NCBI GenBank assembly: GCA_041752275.1
Contig: JBGSHK010000009.1
Location: forward strand, 19,156-83,155
Length of the DNA stretch: 64,000 nt
Origin: Minisyncoccia bacterium
Lineage (GTDB): Bacteria > Patescibacteriota > Minisyncoccia > Phycocordibacterales > CAIZLB01
Direction of reading: 5' to 3'
Positions 38,042 through 46,485 of this stretch are shown here, piece by piece (the first letter of the stretch is position 1; every line of letters begins with the position of its first letter). Under the pieces are notes generated by a model. The model was not told the DNA's origin and made no database searches. It worked only from the letters and a program-made list of their open reading frames with translations. The translations under genes were made by a program, and so were the position numbers.

Positions 38042-40231
38042 ATGAGTAAACATTTAGTTATCGTAGAATCACCATCAAAGATAAAGAAACTAGAAGCATT
38101 TCTTGATAAAGACTATATTGTCATGTCATCAGTTGGACATATAAGAGACCTCCCAAAGTCCAACAAAAAGGCCATAGATATAGAAGGTGGCTTTATTCCC
38201 CACTATGAAGTTTCAAAAGGAAAAGAAAAAGTTATACATGACTTAGAGCAAGCACTTCACAAGGTGGACGATGTTTATCTTGCCTGCGACCCCGACCGTG
38301 AAGGAGAAGCTATTGCATGGCATTTAAAAGAGGCTCTGCAGCTCAAAAAACCAAAACGTATAACTTATAACGAGATCACCAAAGAAGCAGTACTACACGC
38401 TATTGCTCACCCTAGAGAAATAGATATGAACATGTTCAGAGCTCAAGAAGCTCGTCGTGTATTAGACAGACTTGTTGGTTATGACTTGTCAGGATTGATC
38501 TGGAAAAAAGTTCGTTATGGACTTTCAGCTGGTCGTGTTCAATCTCCTGCACTTCGTATAGTTATGGAAAGAGAAAGAGAAATACGTGCTTTTATACCAG
38601 AAGCTTATTATGTTTTATACGCAAACCTTTCTCAGTCAGGAAATAAAACTGATGTATTAAAGTTCACATGTTCTGAAGAAATAAAAGACAAAAAAAGAGC
38701 TGAAGAGATTGTGGATAAAGCCCAAATACATAAAAACAATTGGGCAGTCATCGACATCACAGAAACAGAAGTTAAAAGAGCTGCTCGTGCACCATTTATC
38801 ACATCTACCCTTCAACAAGTTGCCTCAACTCGTCTTGGTTTTTCACCATCACGTACTATGCATGCTGCACAAAAACTATATGAACATGGTGCCATAACAT
38901 ATATGAGAACTGACAGTACAAGTTTAAGTAATCAAGCACTGGAATCTATAGAACAATTTATTACAAAAAACTATGATAAAAAATACTTAGATAGAAAAAA
39001 CTTCGCTTCAAAATCTAAAAATGCTCAAGAGGCTCATGAAGCTATACGTCCATCTGATATTAAAAAGATAAATGCAGGTATTTCAGATGATGAGAAAAAA
39101 CTTTATCGAATGATACATAACAGAACTCTTGCTTCTCAGATGAGTGACGCTTTGACTCTACGAACCAAGATAACATCAAGTATAAAAGAATATAAAGCAG
39201 AAAAATTTCCAGAATTTTCACTAAACGGTTCTCGTATACTTTTTGATGGTTGGCTTATAGCAGATCCTGAGTCTGCTGGCGAAGATGTAAGTGTACCAGC
39301 TCTCCTGAAGGAAATGGCTATGGATTTTATCTCTATAGAAAATCTTGAAAAGTTCACAGAACCACCATCAAGGTATACTGAAGCAGGACTCATCAAAGAG
39401 CTTGATAAAAGAGGTATAGGTCGTCCTTCAACTTTCGCATCCATCATGCGCACACTTGAGGATAGACAATATGTCGAAAAAGTTGGACGTGCATTAAAAC
39501 CAACAGACACAGGTGACGTAGTTTCCACTTTTCTTGAGGAAAATTTTGCTGACTATATAAGTGATTCGTTTACATCAGAGATGGAAGATAAGCTTGACCT
39601 TATTGCAAACGGTGAAGCAAAATATTTACAAACTCTGAAAGATTTTTATGGTCCATTCACAAAAGAAGTAAAACTAAAAAGTACATCTGCAAAAATAACC
39701 GACCTCGGATCATCTGACTTTAAGTGTCCAAAATGTGGTGAAGCGATGATTGTAAAATTATCAAGAAATGGAAAGTTTTTATCATGTTCAAAGTTTCCAG
39801 AATGTGACGGTGCACTTACCATAGACGGTGTTGAGATAAAAGATGATGAGCCTATAGGATTAGACCCAGAATCAGGACTACCGATCTATGTGAAAACTGG
39901 ACGCTTTGGTCCTTATGTGATGCTAGGAGAGAAAACCAAGGAAAATAAAAAACCTCGTATGGCAAGTATTCCAAAAGAAGTAGACCTTGCAAACGTTACT
40001 ATGGAGCAAGCTTTGCTTTATCTATCACTTCCAAGAGTATTGGGTGTAAATCCAGCCAATGGAAAAGAAGTCATCGCGAACAAAGGTCGTTTCGGTCCTT
40101 ATGTTGGCTGTGAGAGAGATTTTAGATCTCTAAAGACTCAGGATGTTTATAAAGTAACACTTGAAGAGGCATTGGAGTTATTAAATACCCCAAAGAAGCC
40201 TAGAGGGTTTCAGAAGAAGAAAGCTGAGTAA
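38042..40231 (+). CDS. topA: DNA topoisomerase I (start MSKHLVIVES)
   Basis: IVESPSK, DPDREGEAI, SAGRVQS, ITYMRTDS, C4 Zn ribbon and C-terminal GRFGPY repeats. Confidence 0.97.
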   Translation: MSKHLVIVESPSKIKKLEAFLDKDYIVMSSVGHIRDLPKSNKKAIDIEGGFIPHYEVSKGKEKVIHDLEQALHKVDDVYLACDPDREGEAIAWHLKEALQLKKPKRITYNEITKEAVLHAIAHPREIDMNMFRAQEARRVLDRLVGYDLSGLIWKKVRYGLSAGRVQSPALRIVMEREREIRAFIPEAYYVLYANLSQSGNKTDVLKFTCSEEIKDKKRAEEIVDKAQIHKNNWAVIDITETEVKRAARAPFITSTLQQVASTRLGFSPSRTMHAAQKLYEHGAITYMRTDSTSLSNQALESIEQFITKNYDKKYLDRKNFASKSKNAQEAHEAIRPSDIKKINAGISDDEKKLYRMIHNRTLASQMSDALTLRTKITSSIKEYKAEKFPEFSLNGSRILFDGWLIADPESAGEDVSVPALLKEMAMDFISIENLEKFTEPPSRYTEAGLIKELDKRGIGRPSTFASIMRTLEDRQYVEKVGRALKPTDTGDVVSTFLEENFADYISDSFTSEMEDKLDLIANGEAKYLQTLKDFYGPFTKEVKLKSTSAKITDLGSSDFKCPKCGEAMIVKLSRNGKFLSCSKFPECDGALTIDGVEIKDDEPIGLDPESGLPIYVKTGRFGPYVMLGEKTKENKKPRMASIPKEVDLANVTMEQALLYLSLPRVLGVNPANGKEVIANKGRFGPYVGCERDFRSLKTQDVYKVTLEEALELLNTPKKPRGFQKKKAE

Positions 40232-40266
40232 AAAATAGAGTATCCAAAAAAAAGATACTCTATTTT
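40232..40266. terminator. Bidirectional terminator between topA and parB
   Basis: AAAATAGAGTATC/GATACTCTATTTT 13-bp inverted repeat. Confidence 0.75.
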
Positions 40267-40282
40267 ATTCAGCTTTAGAAGA

Positions 40283-41251
40283 CTAAACCGAAAACTTCAT
40301 CACACTATATATATCTGGATTTTCTTCTTCCTCACTAGCTACAACATTTTCCACAACCATCTCATCCCCATTGTCATTTACCAAAACTGAGCTCGTATCG
40401 TTTTCATCATCCAACTTTTCACTTTGCTCGTTTTGCAACTTATCCAAAATCTTTTTCAAATCAACAAGATCATAATAATCAATAGTAATCTTTCCTCCTT
40501 GTTCTTTACTTTCTATATGAACTTTTGTTCCTAATACTTCATTAAACCTATTTTCAAATTCTATAATCTCAGGGTTTAGCTCTTTCTCTTTTTTTCTAGC
40601 TCTTTCTTTTGCTATACGACGCGCTATCATTTCTGATTCACGAACATTTAGTTTTCTATTGAGAATGTCTTGGAACAAAGTCTCTTGCTCCTCAGGTCTA
40701 TCAACAAGCATAAGTAGTGGTCTAGTATGACCTTCCATGATTCTCTTTTCACCCAAAGCTTGCAACATATGATCAGGCAAAGACAAAAGCCTCATACTGT
40801 TAGTTACATATTCTCTAGATTTATTCATTTTCTGAGCTACTTCAGCATGCTTAAAACCAAACTCTTTTACAAGTTGTTGAAAAGCACGAGCACGATCTAT
40901 AACATTTAAATCCTCTCTTTGAATATTTTCTATAATAGCAAGCTCTAGCTTTGTTCTAGCATCTTCTTCTTTGGCACGTATGATAGACGGTATTTGCAAC
41001 AAACCAGCAAGACGGGCCGCACGAGTACGACGCTCACCTGATATAAGTTCATAATGAACAGCAAGTCCTCCATCTTCTTTTATAGTTTCTATACGCGTAA
41101 CCGTTATAGGCTGAAGTAATCCATACATCCGTATAGATTCGGATAAATCTTGCAAAGCAATTGGATCAAAATCCTTACGCGGTTGATAAGGATTTGCTTT
41201 TATTTTATCTAATTCTATCCAAAAAATGGCATCGCTATAATATTGTGACAT
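40283..41251 (-). CDS. parB: ParB/Spo0J partition protein (probable start MSQYY)
   Basis: NPYQPRKDF, GLLQPI, ISGERRTRA, ENIQREDLN, HTH. Confidence 0.93.
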   Translation of the reverse strand: MSQYYSDAIFWIELDKIKANPYQPRKDFDPIALQDLSESIRMYGLLQPITVTRIETIKEDGGLAVHYELISGERRTRAARLAGLLQIPSIIRAKEEDARTKLELAIIENIQREDLNVIDRARAFQQLVKEFGFKHAEVAQKMNKSREYVTNSMRLLSLPDHMLQALGEKRIMEGHTRPLLMLVDRPEEQETLFQDILNRKLNVRESEMIARRIAKERARKKEKELNPEIIEFENRFNEVLGTKVHIESKEQGGKITIDYYDLVDLKKILDKLQNEQSEKLDDENDTSSVLVNDNGDEMVVENVVASEEEENPDIYSVMKFSV

Positions 41252-41334
41252 ATAATCAAATCTTAACATATTCTTTAACAAAAACTTATCTTTTCTTTAT
41301 GAAAAATTCATGATCATATTGTTAATATTTCTTT

Positions 41335-42168
41335 ATGCAAACAAAAAACCATGAAGAAATATTATTTGAATCAATATATTCCTCTGTTAGACAAAACATG
41401 TTAAGTGTATGTCAAGATATTGATATGGATTTTATTATAGAAAAAATAAGTAAAAGCAAATCTTTTATAAAATCCATATGTTTACTACCATATTGGTTTT
41501 ATACTTGTTTTGAAAACAAAAACAATATAGATATAGAAAATGAACTCTTTATACTCGGAAAAGCCAATCTACAAGCTTGGATAGCATATACTTTATATGA
41601 CTATATAAGAGATGGAAAAATAGAAAAGCAAAAGATAAATATATCTGTATCCATAGCTAACATAATGCATCAAAAATCCATCAAAGATTTTTATAGTTTA
41701 GTTGATTATAACAAAGATAAAATAAACATTATAAATAATCTTTTGAACATTATAGATAGTCATTATTTAGAAAATAAAACAATAGAAGATATACATTATC
41801 ATTTTAAACATATGTGTGATGAGTCATACAAAAAATCTATTGGCGCCTCAATAGTTGCGATAATAGTTGTCTGGCTTTTGGGTTATAAAACAGATAGTAA
41901 TAATCACATAGAGACATATGAGTTTTTTAAAAATTATCTGAATGCAAGACAGCTTTCTGATGACCTAGATGATATGTCAGATGATATAATACATAACATA
42001 TATACACCTGCAACTTTTCTTATGCGAGCACAATACAGCAAAGATTATATGCAAACTATGTTGCGCTCACGTATAGATATGAGTATGCGTTTAGCTTATG
42101 AAGCACTTAGAAATATAGCTTTTTTTGATTATGATAAGTTTATAGAATTGTATGTAAGAGAATGCTGA
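41335..42168 (+). CDS. Hypothetical protein with class I isoprenoid synthase-like Asp-rich motifs
   Basis: YTLYDYIRD and RQLSDDLDDMSDD helices. Confidence 0.55.
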   Translation: MQTKNHEEILFESIYSSVRQNMLSVCQDIDMDFIIEKISKSKSFIKSICLLPYWFYTCFENKNNIDIENELFILGKANLQAWIAYTLYDYIRDGKIEKQKINISVSIANIMHQKSIKDFYSLVDYNKDKINIINNLLNIIDSHYLENKTIEDIHYHFKHMCDESYKKSIGASIVAIIVVWLLGYKTDSNNHIETYEFFKNYLNARQLSDDLDDMSDDIIHNIYTPATFLMRAQYSKDYMQTMLRSRIDMSMRLAYEALRNIAFFDYDKFIELYVREC

Positions 42169-42231
42169 ATCTGATTTACTAAAAATAATTAAAAATGTAA
42201 ATATTGCCCCTAGGAATATTGGAATTTTTAA

Positions 42232-42648
42232 TTATTTTTTACAACATTTTTTACACACTCCAAAAAGTTCTAAAGAATGTTTGGTTATAGCATTAAATTT
42301 ACTTGATGATTTTATAACCTTATCTGAAAGATAATCAAGATCACATTCTTCAAAACCTTCAACAAGACCACAATCCGTACAAACAATGTGATGGTGATGA
42401 TGTCCAGACATTTCATAATAAACAGAATCTTTTTGAAGATCGACACGTTTTAGTATGCCAGCATTTTCAAATGAAGTTAAAGTTCTGTATATTGTTACTA
42501 TATTAACTTTTTCTTTTTTAAGTTTTTGGAAAATAAATTCAGCATTTACAGGTTCACAGTCAACAGAAAAAACTTTAAGTATAGCAAGCCTTATAGGCGT
42601 TACTTTAAAACCGTTGGTTTTGAGCATGTTTGACAAGTCTTCTTTCAT
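42232..42648 (-). CDS. Fur-family metalloregulator (Zur-like)
   Basis: VTPIRLAIL, TIYRTL, HHHHIVCTDCG, FGVCKKC. Confidence 0.92.
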   Translation of the reverse strand: MKEDLSNMLKTNGFKVTPIRLAILKVFSVDCEPVNAEFIFQKLKKEKVNIVTIYRTLTSFENAGILKRVDLQKDSVYYEMSGHHHHHIVCTDCGLVEGFEECDLDYLSDKVIKSSSKFNAITKHSLELFGVCKKCCKK

Positions 42649-42669
42649 ATATCTTTATAATAATCTAAA

Positions 42670-42725
42670 TGCAACTTATTTGCAATTGTTTTTATTTATG
42701 CTATATTAAATGCAACTCAGTTGCA
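42670..42725. promoter_or_regulatory. Two Fur/Zur-type 7-1-7 boxes overlapping divergent promoters
   Basis: TGCAACT-T-ATTTGCA (42670..42684) and perfect TGCAACT-C-AGTTGCA (42711..42725); promoter TTGCAA-16-TATATT overlaps box 1. Confidence 0.75.
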
Positions 42726-42773
42726 AACACTAATGCGAGCATTGAGTCTGAACAAACAAACTAAAATACCAAC

Positions 42774-42872
42774 ATGAATACCTGCCCTGAATGCGGACAT
42801 CCTGAAACATCCACTACCACTCCATCATGTGAAGATGGATCCTGTGGCTGCGGAGGTGGTTCTGCCGGCTAA
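42774..42872 (+). CDS. Uncalled 32-aa Cys-rich peptide MNTCPECGHPETSTTTPSCEDGSCGCGGGSAG
   Basis: Hand translation; ATG after A/C-rich leader, TAA-TAG double stop, 5 Cys plus His (CxxCxH and CxxxxCxC). Confidence 0.7.
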   Translation: MNTCPECGHPETSTTTPSCEDGSCGCGGGSAG

Positions 42873-42884
42873 TAGGCCATCCCT

Positions 42885-42932
42885 CAGGGTTGTGCGTCAC
42901 CATGCGTACTTCCCTGTTTTTTATACTCGATT
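42885..42932 (+). terminator. Terminator/attenuator between the Cys-rich peptide and the ATPase
   Basis: CAGGG...CCCTG stem with inner GU-containing stem, followed by T6. Confidence 0.6.
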
Positions 42933-42966
42933 TTTATACACAAATTTACACAAAATATACACACAT

Positions 42967-43788
42967 ATGATAATAGGCTTTCTCGGAAAAGGTGGATCAG
43001 GAAAATCAACACTTGCAACAAAAGTTGTAAACTTTTTGAGTACAGATAAAAACAACACAATCTTGGCCATAGATGCGGACTATAACATGGACTTACTGCA
43101 CAACTTAAACGCAGGTGATGATTTAAACTATCTAGGAACAGATGCAAAGTTTATAATGAAAAAAGTTTTAGAAGTCGATGAAAAAGCATTGTATGCTGAT
43201 ATAGTGTTAGGTGAAAATAATGCAAACAAGTTTTCGATATCAAACCCAGATGATTTTACAAAAACATATAGCAAAAAACTAAAAGAAAATCTATACCTCA
43301 TGGCGGTTGGACCACACTCAGAAAACGTACTCAATGACAAGATGTGTTCTCATGGTTTGGGAGCGTTACTAAAAGCATATTTACCACTTATAAATATAAA
43401 AGAAAATGAATATGTAATCATCGACGAAAAAGCCGGAGTAGACAGTGTTGGAACTGGCATACCTACAGGTTTTAATATGTCCATAATAGTTGTTGAGGCA
43501 ACAGTTTATGGTATAAAAGCAGCAAAGCAAATATCAGACTTGTTAGAAAATCATTATCATCTACCTTTTGCATACATAGTTAACAAAGTTAAATCTGACA
43601 CTGATATATATATGATAAAACAAGAGCTTGATGAAAAATACATAATAGATTATATACCTTTTGGTGAAAACATAGATGATGTGTATGCTGAAAAAATAAT
43701 AAAACACGTTCAAAAATATATACGAGAAAACGGAGACAACATACTTGCACAAAGTATAGCAAAGTTTAAAAACAACAAATCAAAATAA
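42967..43788 (+). CDS. CooC/MinD-family P-loop ATPase (probable start MIIGFLGKGG)
   Basis: GKGGSGKST, AIDAD, MCSH at the CooC CxC position, IIDEKAG. Confidence 0.82.
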   Translation: MIIGFLGKGGSGKSTLATKVVNFLSTDKNNTILAIDADYNMDLLHNLNAGDDLNYLGTDAKFIMKKVLEVDEKALYADIVLGENNANKFSISNPDDFTKTYSKKLKENLYLMAVGPHSENVLNDKMCSHGLGALLKAYLPLINIKENEYVIIDEKAGVDSVGTGIPTGFNMSIIVVEATVYGIKAAKQISDLLENHYHLPFAYIVNKVKSDTDIYMIKQELDEKYIIDYIPFGENIDDVYAEKIIKHVQKYIRENGDNILAQSIAKFKNNKSK

Positions 43789-43792
43789 AACC

Positions 43793-44485
43793 ATGACACT
43801 TATATACATATCAATACTAGCCTTTTTATCAACACTTTTTGGTGGTTACATAGCATTTAAGTACAAAAGGTTTATACACATATTTTCAGGACTAACAGCA
43901 GGTACACTACTTACCTTAGTTTTCTTGGAAATAATACCTGAGGTTATGGAACTTAACGACTCCTCTTTTATATTACTTTCAGTTATAGCTGGTTTTATTA
44001 TTTTCCATATCATAGAAAAAGTTTTTTCACTACACAATCATCATGAACATGATCATCAACATCACAATCATATATCATCTAAAAAAATAGGTGCTTGGGC
44101 TTTGATATTGCACTCGCTTTTTGATGGTATAGCTATAGGTTTAGCATATAACGTATCCCCTGCTTTTGGACTGGCAGTTGCTATAGGTGTTATAGCGCAT
44201 GATTTTTCTGATGGTTTTAACACTGTGACCTTGAGTCATTCTAAAAGATTATTATTTTTAGATTCTATAGCTCCTATGCTTGGTATCATTATCGGATCTT
44301 TTTTTGTTTTTCCTGACAATATCATGAGTGTTTTGTTTGGATTATTTGCTGGTGTACTTTTATATGTTTCTACATCAGACATATTACCTGAAGCCCATTG
44401 TGACAATAAAAAACACATGACTCAAAATCTATTAGCCATGCTAGTGGGGGTTTTATACATATTTCTGGTTGTATATTTAAGATAA
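43793..44485 (+). CDS. ZIP-family metal transporter
   Basis: His-rich loop, HSLFDGIAIG, AHDFSDG, DILPEAH. Confidence 0.92.
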   Translation: MTLIYISILAFLSTLFGGYIAFKYKRFIHIFSGLTAGTLLTLVFLEIIPEVMELNDSSFILLSVIAGFIIFHIIEKVFSLHNHHEHDHQHHNHISSKKIGAWALILHSLFDGIAIGLAYNVSPAFGLAVAIGVIAHDFSDGFNTVTLSHSKRLLFLDSIAPMLGIIIGSFFVFPDNIMSVLFGLFAGVLLYVSTSDILPEAHCDNKKHMTQNLLAMLVGVLYIFLVVYLR

Positions 44486-44527
44486 TTACAATAATCAGAA
44501 TAACTGGAACAGTTTGAATAATTTGGC

Positions 44528-44673
44528 AAAAAAATCAGGACGGGAGAACGCTCATTGATCAACTATATGCAGCCCTCCCCAGAATTGCATTAGCGATAAG
44601 CATTCACCCCGTCCTTTGTATTTTGTTTTCTTCACCGAAGACCCCCTCAGTTCTAAGGTAAAGAATAACAATA
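44528..44673 (-). ncRNA. Candidate ~145-nt small RNA convergent on the ZIP gene
   Basis: Minus-strand TTGACT-16-TAATAT; ~80-nt hairpin 44537..44615 (AGGACGGG/CCCGTCCT) with more G-U than A-C pairs on the minus strand, then a T run. Confidence 0.45.
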
Positions 44674-44743
44674 ATTTAAATATTATACCTTCTTAAAATA
44701 AAGTCAAGTATATTGTCATTAGAAAATATAATACAATTATACA

Positions 44744-45193
44744 ATGATTCACAAAATGATTAAGTTTATACAAAAAAATGCAATATATATTATACTGACT
44801 CAGGCAATTGTAGCATTACTTGGTAGTCTATACTTTTCTGACATAGAAGGTTATGCACCATGTGTTTTATGCTGGTGGCAGAGAATATTTATGTACCCTA
44901 TTATTATCATAATAATTATAGCTACATTAAAAAAAGAAACTAGAATATATCAATATGTATTACCTATGGCCATATTGGGTATAACAGTATCTGTATATCA
45001 CAACTTGTTATATACAGGTATTATAAAAAATGAAGAGTTTTGCACTGGAGGCATATCTTGTACAAGTAAATATGTTGAATATTTTGGATTCATAACGATA
45101 CCATTTTTAGCATTTTTAGGTTTTGCTATCATAATCACATTATCAATAATTAGTAGAAATTATATAAATAAACAAAATAAAGAAAATAAATAA
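44744..45193 (+). CDS. dsbB: Disulfide bond formation protein B (BdbC-like)
   Basis: GSLYFS, PCVLCWWQRIFMYP, second Cys pair CTGGISC, TIP. Confidence 0.92.
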   Translation: MIHKMIKFIQKNAIYIILTQAIVALLGSLYFSDIEGYAPCVLCWWQRIFMYPIIIIIIIATLKKETRIYQYVLPMAILGITVSVYHNLLYTGIIKNEEFCTGGISCTSKYVEYFGFITIPFLAFLGFAIIITLSIISRNYINKQNKENK

Positions 45194-45197
45194 ACAC

Positions 45198-45920
45198 ATG
45201 ACAACAGAAACAAAAATTATAGGAGGTATATCATTGTTAACGTTATTAATAATAGTGGGTGGTATATTTTTATTTAATTCAAATAAAACAAATAATATAC
45301 CGGGTGACTATTCCAGATATATAAACACAGGACTAAGTTTAGATATATCAAAATTATCAAGACCTGAAAATCCTAAAATAACAGGTGCTGCAAAAAATGC
45401 ATCGTCTACAGAATTATCTGCAGCATCATCAAGTAAAATACTTATAACAGAGTTTCTTGACTACGAATGTCCTGCATGTGCCGTAAATGGAGAAATGTTA
45501 ACAAAACAACTTTTAGAAACTTATGGTGATCGTGTTATTATTACAAGAAAAATATTTCCAGTACACAATCAAGGTTCTATAGACTCAGCAAGACTAGTAC
45601 TTGCTTCACAAATATTTGGTGGTGATATTTATGAAAAAGTTCATGCAAAGTTTTTTGAAACACTTGCACAATGGTCTATATTAAGTCGTGACGATAGAAC
45701 TGAATTTTTTAAGAAAATTATTGTAGACTTAGGTGTTGATTATGACAAGCTTTTAGTTGAATCACAAGACAAAAAATACGATGAGCAAATAGCAAAAGAT
45801 AGGCAAGATGCTTTAGATCTAGAAGTAAAAGCTACACCAACTTTTATTATAGGAAATCATACACGTATCACAGGAGGTTTACCTTTAGCTGAGTTTGTAA
45901 AATATATTGACAGTAATTAG
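45198..45920 (+). CDS. DsbA/BdbD-like thioredoxin-fold protein
   Basis: N-terminal TM, EFLDYECPAC, FPVH, ATPTFII. Confidence 0.9.
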   Translation: MTTETKIIGGISLLTLLIIVGGIFLFNSNKTNNIPGDYSRYINTGLSLDISKLSRPENPKITGAAKNASSTELSAASSSKILITEFLDYECPACAVNGEMLTKQLLETYGDRVIITRKIFPVHNQGSIDSARLVLASQIFGGDIYEKVHAKFFETLAQWSILSRDDRTEFFKKIIVDLGVDYDKLLVESQDKKYDEQIAKDRQDALDLEVKATPTFIIGNHTRITGGLPLAEFVKYIDSN

Positions 45921-45959
45921 GTTAAGGTGTATAATATAAGAGTCAACCTTTATGTTATT

Positions 45960-46175
45960 ATGATAATTAATCAAGGACAGAAGCAAGAAAATGATCTTAC
46001 AAATTCTCAAGTTTTTGAAAGATTTCAAAAACTGATTGACAGTGCCCCACCTGAACCGAGATACAAAAGATTTAGAGATATCATTCAAATACCAAAAGAA
46101 ACACCTCAAGACTTTACTGTTCCATCAGTAAAAGCTGAAGATCTTCCTGGGTATAGACCACAAGACTGGGAATAA
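45960..46175 (+). CDS. Small hypothetical protein
   Basis: 71-aa ORF followed by a terminator hairpin. Confidence 0.45.
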   Translation: MIINQGQKQENDLTNSQVFERFQKLIDSAPPEPRYKRFRDIIQIPKETPQDFTVPSVKAEDLPGYRPQDWE

Positions 46176-46200
46176 TAAATAATAGTTCTAAAACTTAATA

Positions 46201-46235
46201 AAAAACGGGACCCATCAAACGGGTCCCAATTTTTT
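46201..46235. terminator. Bidirectional intrinsic terminator
   Basis: GGGACCC/GGGTCCC stem flanked by A and T runs. Confidence 0.7.
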
Positions 46236-46275
46236 TGCCTATTTTTGCCTATTTTTTATTTTTAATATATTTGTT

Positions 46276-46485
46276 CTATTCTCCTCTAATAGATCTGTAT
46301 ATTGTAACAAGGTCTTGCCATACAAGTATTAACATTTCTTTAGAATATTGTATAAACTCTTTAACCCACTCTTTTGCTAAAACACCACTTATATCTATGT
46401 TCAAAAAACGAAGCAATATAAGTGCAACTAAAATAATAACTATTAGCTCAAGAAAACCACCTTGCTTTTTATTATTTTTCATCAT
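46276..46485 (-). CDS. Small membrane protein with prepilin-like N terminus
   Basis: KKQGGFLELIVIILVALILL; overlaps the asnB stop. Confidence 0.65.
   Translation of the reverse strand: MMKNNKKQGGFLELIVIILVALILLRFLNIDISGVLAKEWVKEFIQYSKEMLILVWQDLVTIYRSIRGE

Noticed and set aside
42829-42966. N-terminal extension of the CooC-like ORF from GTG 42829
   Set aside because: It crosses the Cys-rich peptide ORF and a terminator; family homology starts at ATG 42967
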